Source of the DNA: Tubulanus polymorphus
Lineage: Eukaryota; Animalia; Nemertea
Assembly: GCF_964204645.1 (NCBI RefSeq)
Contig: NC_134025.1
Location: 9,548,001-9,612,000 of the forward strand
Length of the DNA: 64,000 nt
Direction: 5' to 3'
Positions 12,001 to 27,118 of this stretch are shown in pieces. Under the pieces are notes generated by a model, which did no database searches, was not told where the DNA came from, and saw only the letters and a list, made by a program, of their open reading frames with translations. How positions within the stretch are numbered: position 1 is the first letter of the stretch; every line of letters starts with the position of its first letter. The position numbers and the translations under genes were made by a program.

Positions 12001-13063
12001 GGCATTGCTGCAATGTCACGGTAGGTTATGCGTAATTGTCCTGATTTTTTCCACCTGCCACTCATTAAAGGGATCTTTTACTGATGTGAAAATTTTGTTC
12101 AAAACTTATAGATATGGTGGTGCTGAACAGGGAGATAGGACAATGGTAGGTGCTTGTGATGATGTGTTATTGCTATTCACTTGCATGATTCCCACAGAGC
12201 AGGGAAATTGGGAAAAACTTGGGAATTTTGAAATAATAATTCCCGGTTTGGAAATATTTGGGAATTTGAAAAATTGTCCTCAAATCAGGGAAATATTTGG
12301 GAAATTCATTACATTTCACGTACTGCATTTGCCAAGGGCAACTATCTTCAGTGATTTCCCTTGAAAATCACCTTTATCAACCAGTCACCACTAAAATGTT
12401 GACTGTAGCATGATGATATGTGTTCATTTCCATTTGGGAAAATTGAAAAATCACCCATGAAATACTTGGGAAAAACTTGGGAATTTTGAATTCATATAAC
12501 TGTGGGAACCATGCACTAGTGAATTTCTGCTGATATGTTTTTGAAAATGATTTTTCTCACCATATTTTCAGCTTGATGCATTATTTGCTGCGCATTCTAG
12601 TATGGTGAAGTGCGTTGCCACTTGTTTACCATTCGATCAATCCCTAGAGAGTATCATCAAGGTAATGATACTAATATCTTAAGAATTTGATTGAACATCT
12701 ATATTAAAAAATTCAAAGAACCTATTATTGACTCTCTTAATTAAATCTCTTGATTATTCGGGCTAAATATGTTGTGTTGAAATCTGCCATCGAGTTGTTG
12801 GATCGAAGTCCAAAAAATATGAACTTACAAGTGGTGTTTGAATTGTGACCCGTCTTTCGTTTTATTTGAAGGAAACTGAAGCAGCCGCGCAGGCAACCGA
12901 GAAAATGCGAGCGCAAGCTGGTCGCGCTAGTTACGTGAGCGTCGATCGTTTGAATCATCCAGATCCGGGAGCAGTGGCAGTCTCTATCTGGATCAAATCG
13001 ATAGCCGAAGTGTTAAAACAGCATAAATTATCAGCAAGTTTTCAAGCAGCAATTGTTGAATAG
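9033..13063 (+). CDS. TKFC: Triokinase/FMN cyclase (dihydroxyacetone kinase; DhaK + DhaL domains)
   Basis: Multi-exon gene. K-domain motifs [34 protein letters not shown]-domain motifs [43 protein letters not shown]...HPDPGAVAV. Stop at 13061-13063. Confidence 0.96.
12184..12513. mobile_element. MITE (about 330 bp) in a TKFC intron
   Basis: TIRs CATGATTCCCACAG / CTGTGGGAACCATG (1 mismatch), internal TTGGGAA repeats, and flanks cacttg / cactag that suggest a 6-bp TSD. Confidence 0.7.
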
Positions 13064-16000
13064 ACTAATATTTACTGTATTTTATGTGAAATTTAAGAAA
13101 CATGTGCTATTCGGCATGCCACTTTAGAGTCTGTAATAAACGAAATGTTATCTGTATCTAATTATAATGTAAGGACTGTTCCTGAACTTTGATGCATATA
13201 AATTTTTCATGATGATAGAAATGAAAGTTTTTTTATATTGTATAACAAAATAATTTTTGTGTTTTATCATGACAAAAAAATGTATATAAAAGGTCGATAA
13301 ATAGTCAATATGTAGATTGATGAAATCAATTTTATTTTCAGAATGAATTTGTGCTATTTGTAGAAAAAGCTTCTTTTTTCAATTCATTCATGTATATATT
13401 ATGAATACACTCACTGTGCGGAATATATGGGATCTTTGATTTCGAACAGTTGCCACAACTTCTGCTTAGAAGTTTATGTATCTATACTGTCAAACTATAC
13501 GGTGTATATCTCATCAGATAGAATGCTATTTTACACGCTTTACGTTGCGTTGTCTAATAAAGATACCTCAAATTGTGGCACTTGATTTAAAACTAATTGT
13601 GTTTCATTTATCTAGTACGTACGTATGAATGAACTGAACTCGGCACCACGTTTGTTCTTCTAGCCCTTGTTTGGCACTGTCATGCAAATGCAAACGTTTC
13701 GTAAAGAAGCCGCTTTCCCTCCGCGAAGTTCGGTATTTGCTGGATTATGTTTTGTCTGGATACTTCTACGTATTTCTTTTATGTAATTAGCTCAACCAAA
13801 ACAGGTGTTAAAGCGGTATTCGTTCGGCGGCGTCTTAATCGATGTTATACGTGTGTGTATTTACTTCTAGTTGCCTAGTACATATACTTACACGCTCGAA
13901 AACTAACAGTTGTTAATTTGGGGTACCAGGTAGTTTGTTTCTAATCTAACTGCCTGATTTCGAATTTAAAATGGAGGTTTTCAATGCATCTTATTTGTCA
14001 ATTCTGTTAAATGGAAATTCATGATGTACGGGTGGTTTACGTGTAGCCTTCAGGTATATTGTTTGTTTTACCATGGATATATAAGCTTATACGTCCCTGA
14101 CATACGTCACGGATTAACGGTGCGCACACGATAAACCCCATTTATTATGAAACTTAGTAGCTGAAATTGTTTTTGTATCAAGTGCAAATCATCTGAATTA
14201 ATAATAAATACAATTTGTATTTATTTTAGCCCTTTCCAGTGCAAGGTGGAACGCGTTATATTCGCGGACTTTTTGCATTTGCTTCGTTTTAATTGGAGCT
14301 TTTCCAAATATTCTGAGATGATATGTTTGCAAATATTGCGGTACACTTTTCCAAAATATCTGCATAATGTAACCGATTATAAAACACTCGTGATCGCGGC
14401 TTTAGTCGATTAGATTATGTGCCATATTTATTTATATTTCGAAAGTTTATCGAACCCGCCTATGGGTCCAGAAATTGTACCGGTATATTTTATTATGAAA
14501 AATAAAGATATTCTCTAAACTGTGTGTAATTTATACGCTCTGTCTTAAAAGTAGTCATTCAATATTCTGAAACGAATAAATAAACATTTGAATTATCAAA
14601 ATAATATCAGTATTATAGATCATCTCTTTTATGTTATATTTTTGTTGTTTTTGGAACTCGACCATTTTCTCCCGATGTGTGTATCGCGCTCACGTTTCTT
14701 CATTAGAAAATATTTTGCGTGTAAATAATTGGCCTCATCGTTCGCTTACCGATCCTTGTTGATTTTCTTCAATTTCTCGCGAAAACTAGTTTATCTTCCT
14801 GCCTAACCTACCTTTTTTTCCAACAGCTTTCAATGATTAGGGCGGCGAGAGCTGTTGATATTTCTGGTTAAAACGAACGTTTTTTTGCGCAAATTTACAA
14901 AGGATTTGAGCAGAAGGCAGACGTGGACATATGCTACGGATTAAAATGTTCAGAACATCACTTTAGCGATTTAGAGCTTGGAATTCATACCAAGCGATCA
15001 ATTTCGTTCACTTATTGAATTGACAGATTTTGGACAATTTCCAGGAATAAATTGCGCACCCCTGAAGAATAAGTTATTTTCATTCAGCTGCAGGCGTTAT
15101 GTTTAAAAACCTCTTGCCTTCTGACGTTTCTCTGAGTTTATGTTAAACATTTGCCTCATTAAGCGTTCATTTGGATTGTGAAACTACTACAGCCCGAGTC
15201 TCGATCACATCATCCGGAGGATTTTAGGAGGTTAGTATATACATTTATCAAGATCGCTTTACCAACAGTGACTGAGATCAAAAATTCTATTATTCCTTAA
15301 TAAAGTCACAATTCATACATATGATAGAATTTTGAAAATCTAATGGCTATATGAGCATATATACATATACAGATCTTGAAGATAAAATCTGACGAATTTA
15401 GGCATAGAAATTATGATATTTCTTAAGTTATATTTATGTATGTTAAGTTGTTGCGTTTATCGCGACTCTAGTAAATCTGATTTAGTTCTGTATCACAACG
15501 ATCGATGGCGATCGTTTGGTCAAATCCGATTCACCGGGTCATAATGATTTTTTTTCATATATAAGGATATACATTGTTGAGCGAATAAAAAAGTTTCCAG
15601 TTTCTAGGCAGGCGCCATATTGTGGCGGTCCCCATTAAGATTTTAATTCGCACTGTTTTGAAACAAAAGTTTTGATTGAATATTAATCAGCTCTACAGTC
15701 CCTTGATTGATGAACTTAATTTATCCATCACTTAAAAGTAAATTAAAGCAGCTGGTGATTCTTGGGTTTTTCGAAACGTTGAAACGTTGTGAATGCTAGG
15801 ACCGCATGGTTTTTTTACTGTGTATCAAAAAAATTGATTCACCTTAAGATACATCTTATCCTTAGAATCTATAATCTACATTTTTCTGCGGTTAAAGACC
15901 CTTATTTGCAATTTGGGTCCGCGTTTGAATTGTGTGCTTTCCGGGAGATTCGCCCCAGTCCGAGGGTTTGGAACAGTCTCTGAGCTAACATTGGCAGTCG

Positions 16001-18223
16001 ATGATTTGGAGGAAGAGTCTTGGATTTGCATGCAATTCCGAGAGTCGGTTTGGAAATTAGTCAGATTCCAACAGCGCATACCGCCATCCAACATCAGAAT
16101 TTGAATAATATTTATAATTACTACAATTCGCTCTATCGTAGAGATCTCTCAAAAACAAGGATAGATTATTTATTGATTATTGGAAATCAAAGCAAATTCA
16201 TTGTTGGAAAATATCATTTTAGGAATTTCGCTCTTGTTTCTATCATCCCCGAACAACGACGGAAAGCCGGCCGCGGCGATTCAAGGATGTTTGGTTTGGA
16301 TTTTTGATGCTCAAGAATGAATGAAATTTGCTGTGAATCCAGTGTTTCGGCGTTTAACATTTCTACTCAGTTTTCGCTGATTGTTAGTTATGACCTTCTA
16401 GTTATTCTATGAATTTTTATTCCATGGTGATCGCTGCATTACTTCGCGCAACAAAGCCAAGCTCATCACAGACACGTGCATCACTCTCTATTTAGTTTAA
16501 TATTAGTAACAGAAACCGCTCCTTTCATCTGTAAATACCTTAGATTACTGATTGAAAAAAGTTACTTGCCACCACTGATTTATGAGTGTACTATATCTAA
16601 GATTATATTACGTATATGTAATATACCAATTTCACACATTCTTTCGTCTCGTCAGTTAGGTCTCGACTAAAATTGTTACACGTGGTGCGAGTAAAGTCTA
16701 TATAATGGCCCGTCTATAACCAACCACATTTTAGAAAATCAACAGAATTATACGGATTATAACAGAGCCAAGTCAAGTCAAGTGCGCCTGGCGCCCTTCC
16801 ACTTTCAAAAGTTGCTTTTTACCATATTTTTTACACACCTCCAAAAGATGGCGAGGGCAGACGAGTATAAACTTAATGGAAAATATAAGTTTTTCTTCTA
16901 TGCTGGGAGAGGCACGTGAAAACCAATTACTACTAAGTGGAACAGTTTCGGTTTACTGTTATCAGTACTGACTAAAGATAAACTATTTACCATTGATCGT
17001 TACACCTATTTCTTCAGGTATCTTACGGATGAACTGATCCGAAACATCGCTCGTTACAAGAGTTCGGATAATTTAACAATTCCGAGAAATATCGTGAGTC
17101 TGGCTAGAAACGGTCTACAACACGATTGACCTTTCGAAAAAAACTGTGCTACTAACTTGGTTACAGCAATCATTCTACCTGGTATTGTACGCCATGGCCG
17201 ATTGTGAATAAGGCCCATAATTGAAAACAGAATTTCCAAACCGACCATTTATCGAGAAAATATGGATTATATCGGATTCATTGATCTGGCTCTGCTCGAA
17301 TCTAATTCATCCTTTTAGACGGAGATTAGACATTTTGAAAGAAAGCCAGTGTTCCACCACAAAGAATAATCCTTAATTTGGTTGTTTTTATCGTCATTTA
17401 TTTGAAGATGATTCCAGATCAATTGGAGGTAAATACTTGAAATACCTTACACGCAGTAACCCACGTGTTTTATCAGTATAAGCGCGAGTATGTGAGGGAT
17501 TCTTGGCGTACCGAAGTGGTTAATTGATGTAGATTACATCCCCCGCATGTCTATAAATTCTACTATACATGTATATGTAGTAGACACACAATAACTGTAT
17601 TTCATTTTTAAATTTACATATCTTTTTTCTGAAAGGGATTGGCCATTCAGGATTTACCGAATATGGTAAAACGCACGCATTTCGTGAGAAAAAAGGATGT
17701 GTGTTTTTCCATGGGAAAAATATAAAATATTATCTTCTTCATCAAACTAAAATGTTTACAATGCATGAAAATGATGTTTATTTGAAACAATAATTCTTGC
17801 CACACATGGTCCAGGGAAACATTTACTTATATGCATAACAGGAAAACTTAGATCTAAAACTTCAAACAGGGCTTTATCAAAAAATAATTAAACTTACGAA
17901 ATTCACGTTTATTCTTTCGAGCGAAAGATTTTTAACGATATTCTTTGCTTCGCGATGATTTGTTCTAAACAGACGATTTTATCTTAAGTGTTTTGAAACG
18001 TTGTAATGTTGTAGTCGGTATTTCTCTCTGTTGTCGGGGATCGTTCATCGCTGCGCTTCTCTATAGCTTCACTAAGATAGGAAACGCCTCATCAGTAACA
18101 TTTTCGGAAGCTCAGTGGACAGTCGCGCGCGGGATTTATAGGGATCTATATCAGAGAGAGAACCAGAGAGAAGAACCGCCTGTTGTTTTTTTCATCAAAG
18201 GGGATTTTAGGGATTAAGTGAAA

Positions 18224-20256
18224 ATGAAGCAGTCAAACAATATCGTCGACACGTTGGTTCGGCCGTCATGGTAAGAATTACGCATTTTTGACCTGGAGAC
18301 TTAACGTTTTTTGTTATGGGGATTTCTATTGTAAGAAATTCTGTTATTGCCATTCGCATGAACGGTTCTGTAACATCATTAACGATGTTACAGAACGATT
18401 AACATTATTAACGATTCTGTAACATCATTGTAACGATATTGATATAGCGAAATAATGACTTCATATTGATTAACTAATAACTTTATCCCTTTCAATGGAA
18501 ACCACGTATAGAAAACCTCAAAAGCGGATGAAATGGCAGGAATGCCACACGAGTTTAAACGATATTTGGAAGCCAGTAAATTATATACGATATCAGTCTA
18601 ATCAATATATCTATTTCGTGAATTTATTAGTTTTTTTAGATATTTCTCTTGGAAATGATTTTTGTCCAATGGATTTTCTGTTTACGAACACACAAAAAAA
18701 GTGATTATGTATATATTCGACTTAACATGGTTAACGAAGTTTTTTTAGATTGCTTACAATGTAAAAATGTCTGCGTCTGCAAACCCGCAAAACGTTTCAA
18801 AAGGAGACGATGAAGTCGCATGTTAGTCAAATATCGTCAAAGTACAGACACATTTCTCCAATTATTTCAGGTATTTACAACTACAGTTGGATATAACACG
18901 ATTAGACGGAAGCTGTCGCCGGAGTTACGCACTTCAAACCGATATGACGTCTCTACGAAGAGAACGACTTCTCCACAAATCAAGGGTTGACTCGAGTCTC
19001 CACGAACAGATTTCCGAAAACGGCCCGTTATCGGTGAAAATAATCGAACCACAACAAAACCATCGCGATTTGTCATCGCATCAAAGGAAAGGAATGCTTC
19101 GAGCGCATTCCCCTTACGTTCTAAAAACAACCGATCCGAAAGTCGAAGAATCGGTGAAAAAATCCCCGCGCTTCCTGCATCGATCCTTGTCAGAAAATGA
19201 CGCCCCGCCAGTATTGACCCCTAAGCGCGAACCAGGACGCTGGGTTGGCAGGTTAGTGTTCACACCCTTTCCTTAAGCCGGGCGCGCACCTTAACGATGA
19301 TACGAAAATATCATGCCATCTTACGATGAACTTAGCTGTTTTGGACCATGGACTCCAAAACTATTTCGTTTTAGAGTCCATGGTTAGACGTAGAACCCGT
19401 TTCGAGAATATCCGTATTCAAAGCGTAATTCAGATAAAGGGGTCTATTCGATGTTGCAGTAAGCGAGATGAAATTATAACGAAATAGTCAATGTTCTTGT
19501 TCATATGAAATATGTTCGGAACATGTTTTCTACACCTGCTAAAACAAAGGTTTACATGTGCGTGATACATTTACTGTTGATATGTTTCTTGAAAGAATAT
19601 GATCTTGATAGATATGCATATAACATTAGTTTTCATATTTATCTTGGCTACCCGCCGATCAGGTATAATACCGAAGAGGAAAAATCTGCCCTTTCTACAC
19701 AGAATAATACGGGCTAGATCCGGCTTATAGTATTGCTGTTGCAAAAGCAAAGAATGAAATATTTTCAGTATGATTTATCGAAATGTTCATCTATTATTCA
19801 GTGGTTTACAAAGTGATCCGGCATTACTGACCAAAGATCGAGGCTACTTGTTATGGACAAATCCGAAAGGCACGATGGAAGTAATGTTTCGATATGGAGA
19901 GTCCGCACAAAATTTCAGGTAAAATACGAGACGAAAACCTATACGTATAATAATACGTAAAAATTGGTACGAAAATATTGTATTACTTTTTCAGTTGTTA
20001 CATCGACCCGCAGTATAGGGGAGTTAAAGTGTCCGTGTTCGAGAATGACGTGCCAAAACAAGTCACAGACGGCCTAGAAGATCCACGTTGCAGCACGAGT
20101 AAATACCATAAACGAAGTCCCTTCCGAAATCGACCAGAGAACAACTTCGAGTTGACATCGAGCTCCGGAGAAGTCAAACTGTTACTAGAAGCAATTAAAG
20201 GGACAAAATTCCCATCCGTGCAGTCATTCAAAATCAACTACGTAATGGCTTTATGA
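18224..20256 (+). CDS. Uncharacterized protein (about 268 aa), low-complexity N-half and globular C-terminal domain
   Basis: Exons 18224-18270, 18871-19251, 19802-19918 and 19995-20256, all with canonical GT-AG and consistent phase 2 junctions; 807 nt open. Family not recognised. Confidence 0.65.
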
Positions 20257-20262
20257 AATTTG

Positions 20263-20288
20263 AGCTCTCTCTCTCTCTCTCTCTCTCT
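20263..20288. repeat. (CT)n microsatellite
   Basis: CT dinucleotide run just after the stop codon of the orphan gene. Confidence 0.85.
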
Positions 20289-22011
20289 ATTTCTTTTCGT
20301 CTTTGCTTCATTATATCTCGCAAAGAACATTCCTGAATGATTGTTATTATTTATAACCACAATTTATTAGATTCATTGAAGTACATCGAGTTCTGAAATA
20401 AACACCACCAACGCTTCACATTTTTAATTTTTGCATTTTTGTGCTTTTTGTTTGACAAAGATGTCCGATTTGTACAGAACGACGAATTGCAACTAATTTT
20501 CCTCGAAAGTTGGATTACGGTTCGAAATGTCGAGAGTCGAAAAATCCGGGAACATACATATTCATAAGGTCGATGACTATTTCACCACAATTACCACCGT
20601 TTAACAAATTGACAGAAAATTCCCGTAAGCTGCACGAGACACATCGGTAAACACACTTAACTCGAGGTCCGGTGGAACAGTCTGCCTGAATCAAAATCTT
20701 TCACATTTTAGTTCAGCATTTTTGTTGTGTGCATACAAATTTGTCCTGAATCAATCGCAACGAATTCCCAAGATCAAGAATATACTCAGTCCAATACGTT
20801 GATCAAGTTGATCTTGTTGGAATCCAGCCATCGACTCTAAAACGAACCGGCTTACGGGTACGGCCCGGTATCGATAAGCTCTTTCATCAAAGACCGACGT
20901 AATGAATATGCAGCAAGTTGCTGAATGTTTGTTTTTTGTTCAAAAAGAATGTTTGATCGTGTGTTCCTATAGTTTCTAAAGTGTCTGAGAGCTCGCAAAT
21001 CGCTTCAACGGGCGTTAAATCTCATACAATCTCAGAGGGAGGCCTCCCAGACCCCCGTAAGCACCTGAAGCGCATTGAGTAGTCCCGCCTTTAAGGAATG
21101 TCAGACCAATATAGAATTGCTTCCACCGCGCCTGAACTCAGACATGTCCATTAACTCAGGTGGGACAAATACTTTTTCATTTTTTGACTCGAGGGGTTTA
21201 CCCCATACCTTCCTTCAGTCCGCTCGCATTGTTAGTTTTACAGCTCATTGATGCACCCCCACGCCCAAAATTAGACCACAGAGATCGCTACGGCTCTGAA
21301 ACGGTTGGAAGATAAGGTTAAGAAAGGTGCTGACGACTCCGATTGGCGATACAATGATCCGATTGGCCCAATAATGAACAGAAAAATGGAAACGTTTCGT
21401 ATCCTGGCGGCGGGATGCAACGGTAGCTTGTAAACATATTCTCTGACACCTTTCAAATAACACCTTCCGATTGACTGCTACTTGTGATATTGATTGATGA
21501 TATTAAACATCAGATAAATCATCTTTAAATGAAGATGGTTTTGACTGCGATATAGGGACAATAACTTCAAGATCGTCGCAGTATGGACGTTATAATTGGT
21601 GGCATTAAACCATTTCTTGGAGAAAACAATTAACTTGACAAAGACCGGAGGAAGCAGCCTTTGAAAAGTAACTTCGCGATCAAAATCAGATACGATACTT
21701 GTGGAAGTAGGCGAATGGTTGTTTCAAGTTAAGTACCAACCCATACATTTAGTTACCGATCCCTGGACAAGGCATGTACAGGGGCAGATTTTGGGGGGTC
21801 AAAGGGGTCACCGGCCCCTCACGGTCGAGGCAGCGAGCCGGCGCTATGCAGCTTTATAGTCCATACAGTACATTTCATGTAGTTTTTACCTCCCTGGACC
21901 CGACCCCTACAAAAAGTCTTAGATCTATCCCTAACCATGTCGACCCCTCAGTCCCCCTTGACCGACGGGCGGCCACGGACCTTCGGGCGCGTTTTTCGAC
22001 TTCGAGTCAGT

Positions 22012-22162
22012 TATAGAAAAAGAATTTATGCACCATGAACTCATAGCCTTATATCAAATTTGGGTAACCAAACAGTGTAGTAGATTTTCATAAGTGAGCC
22101 AAGTCCGATTCCCCTACGAAAAATGATGTTAACTGGTAAATAATAAGGTGTCCCACAATAGT
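22012..22162. repeat. Left arm of a perfect 151-bp inverted repeat (partner 23183-23333)
   Basis: Base-by-base comparison shows it is identical to the reverse complement of 23183-23333. Confidence 0.97.
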
Positions 22163-22454
22163 CGTCCAGTCCGATTGCAACTTTCTCTGATCTGAATTGT
22201 GCAGGAGTCTCGGAACTGCAGTCGATAGGTTTGAAAATTAATCATCCATTAATAGAATTAACGATGGTATCGGTATGGGATCCCGGCCGCCGACCGCGCC
22301 ATCAGAATGCCTTTATGTACAAATAAATTTTAATTGTATTGTATTGTATTGTATCTGTCTTTCGCGTTTAACAAATAGTCACTACCACCCTGAAGCTGAC
22401 CTTGTAACGACACCGACTGGTTTTCTGTTTCGACTTGTTAGAAACCCTTCAAAA

Positions 22455-25337
<2,883 letters not shown>

Positions 25338-25340
<3 letters not shown>

Positions 25341-25361
25341 CGGGCTAACAGTCGTCTGTAG
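25338..25361 (+). other. Putative stop-codon readthrough extension of MDH1 ending in PTS1 (X-R-A-N-S-R-L-stop)
   Basis: Sequence TGA CGG GCT AAC AGT CGT CTG TAG. UGA-CGG is a known leaky context and SRL is a canonical PTS1. Confidence 0.8.
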
Positions 25362-26128
25362 AGTAATATACGATAATCGCTACCAACAGAGAGAAATTTC
25401 TCCTTTATATTTGTGAAAGATCAATTATCCATCAAATGAAAATTGAATTACCAGATTGTCTTGTATTATTACTCTTCGTATAAAAATATTTTCTAAGGGT
25501 ACTCACGCCGTGTAGTTCTAGAATCTGTATCAGAGATTTTACACATAATAACCCGCTTCTTGTAGTTCAGCTTCTCTGTTCTTTTGGGTAAAAGTTTTTT
25601 TAGGAAATGTGCTATTAATTAGTACAGTTTAACACACTGTATGGTGCTCAGTAGGAAAGTATTTTTCGCAGATGGCAAATCGCTTGTTTTTACTCGAGAA
25701 TAGATCAGTAAAATTCGCATGACAACTATGATTTATAACATGGATTTAAAATCCATCCATATCTGATTAGAATTTATATTTTGTTGCCTTTAAATTATTT
25801 GTACCAGTCTCACTGTGCTCGTTCCATCATGTTATGCATTAAGAACAAAGCAAAGAGTAACACAAATCATACGAGTCTTTAATATATAGTTCTAACGTAA
25901 ATAGCTAACATAGCTCTCTCAAAGTCGTAATTTATATACCCACCTGTATGTGTACTTGCCGTTGAGATATAGAATAAACTTGCTAATAACTATATTCTTG
26001 GTCTCCGAGTTCATATGGTTAGAGTTGGGTATTTCGGAGGTGTTGGTTTCGAGTACATCGATGGCCTGGATCATAGAAGAGTTAAGCCTTACTTAGGTGG
26101 CACTAAGAGCTGACCCAATCAGTCACAG

Positions 26129-26214
26129 TTGAGCATGTTCTATTTCTTACGATGATCGTATCTTATGTGACCCGAGTGTACATACGAGCGTCGTAAGAAA
26201 TAGAACACGCTCAA
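26129..26214. repeat. Imperfect hairpin, probable degenerate MITE core
   Basis: ttgagcatgttctatttcttacga ... tcgtaagaaatagaacacgctcaa form inverted arms of about 24 bp. Confidence 0.55.
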
Positions 26215-27118
26215 TCCCTACAATTGTGCTTACGACTTGAAGAACACTCGTGTCGCTAAAATTTCCTGACTGACTGCCAATTCCTTGTGATGGTCATGTC
26301 GGATCTTATACGACTTAAGTTGGGCATTAGTTGCATTGATACAGTGATTAGCTACATCGACGAATGATAAATGATAAAGGGTTCTCCACTATCTTGTACG
26401 TTTTTGAAACATTTACAGTATAGGATATGGTTGAGCTTCCATATTTACATAGGTTGTGTAGGGTTGTTTTCTCATGGTAGTCTCTCGAAGTCCGTCCTAT
26501 CCAGTTCGTTGAAATTTAAAAACGGCCGACAATCGATATAGCATCTTCAGTAAGTGCTTTATTTTGATAAGGTAGAAAAATATACAAATAGTATCCATTA
26601 AATAAATTACGCTTGTATCACAGACTTAAAATTGTGGCACAGATTGACAAGATAGAAATCAGATTTAGATCAACAATTTTGAATATCAATTACATCTGAT
26701 TTGTAAAAGTCTTTCCCATTGCAACAATGATCCCCATTCTATCAGGTTTGACCGAATTCATAAATAAAACTTATAGATTAAGCACCAATACATGAAACCA
26801 TGGAAAGGCTATATCACACCTGTTCACATGACACTGATTTAACAGATGCTGTAGAGAATTACAAACATGTACTTTCATTAGCATAAAACTTAATTCAGTG
26901 TATCAATTATGGACACGGGAATTGATATATTGTAGAAATAGATTCCATATAAAGACCTTTAATATATCAATCTTCATCACAAAAGAGATTCTAACACTAA
27001 GTTGGTTCATAGGAGAATTATTCGAGGTATCTGAAAGTTTGGCTAAAAATAAAAAACATCAACAAAATAATTTGCCATTAATATTACTTAAGTATGAATT
27101 TAACTACTCGGTACTTGC

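Noticed and set aside
18368-18440. 13-bp perfect hairpin with local duplications in an intron
   Set aside because: Single occurrence, consistent with a replication template-switch scar.
20455-21432. Coding-looking fragments (DVRFVQNDELQLIF..., TTEIATALKRLEDKVKKG...)
   Set aside because: No consistent start or splice chain, several stops and no recognisable family. It may be a decayed gene, but I cannot support a call.
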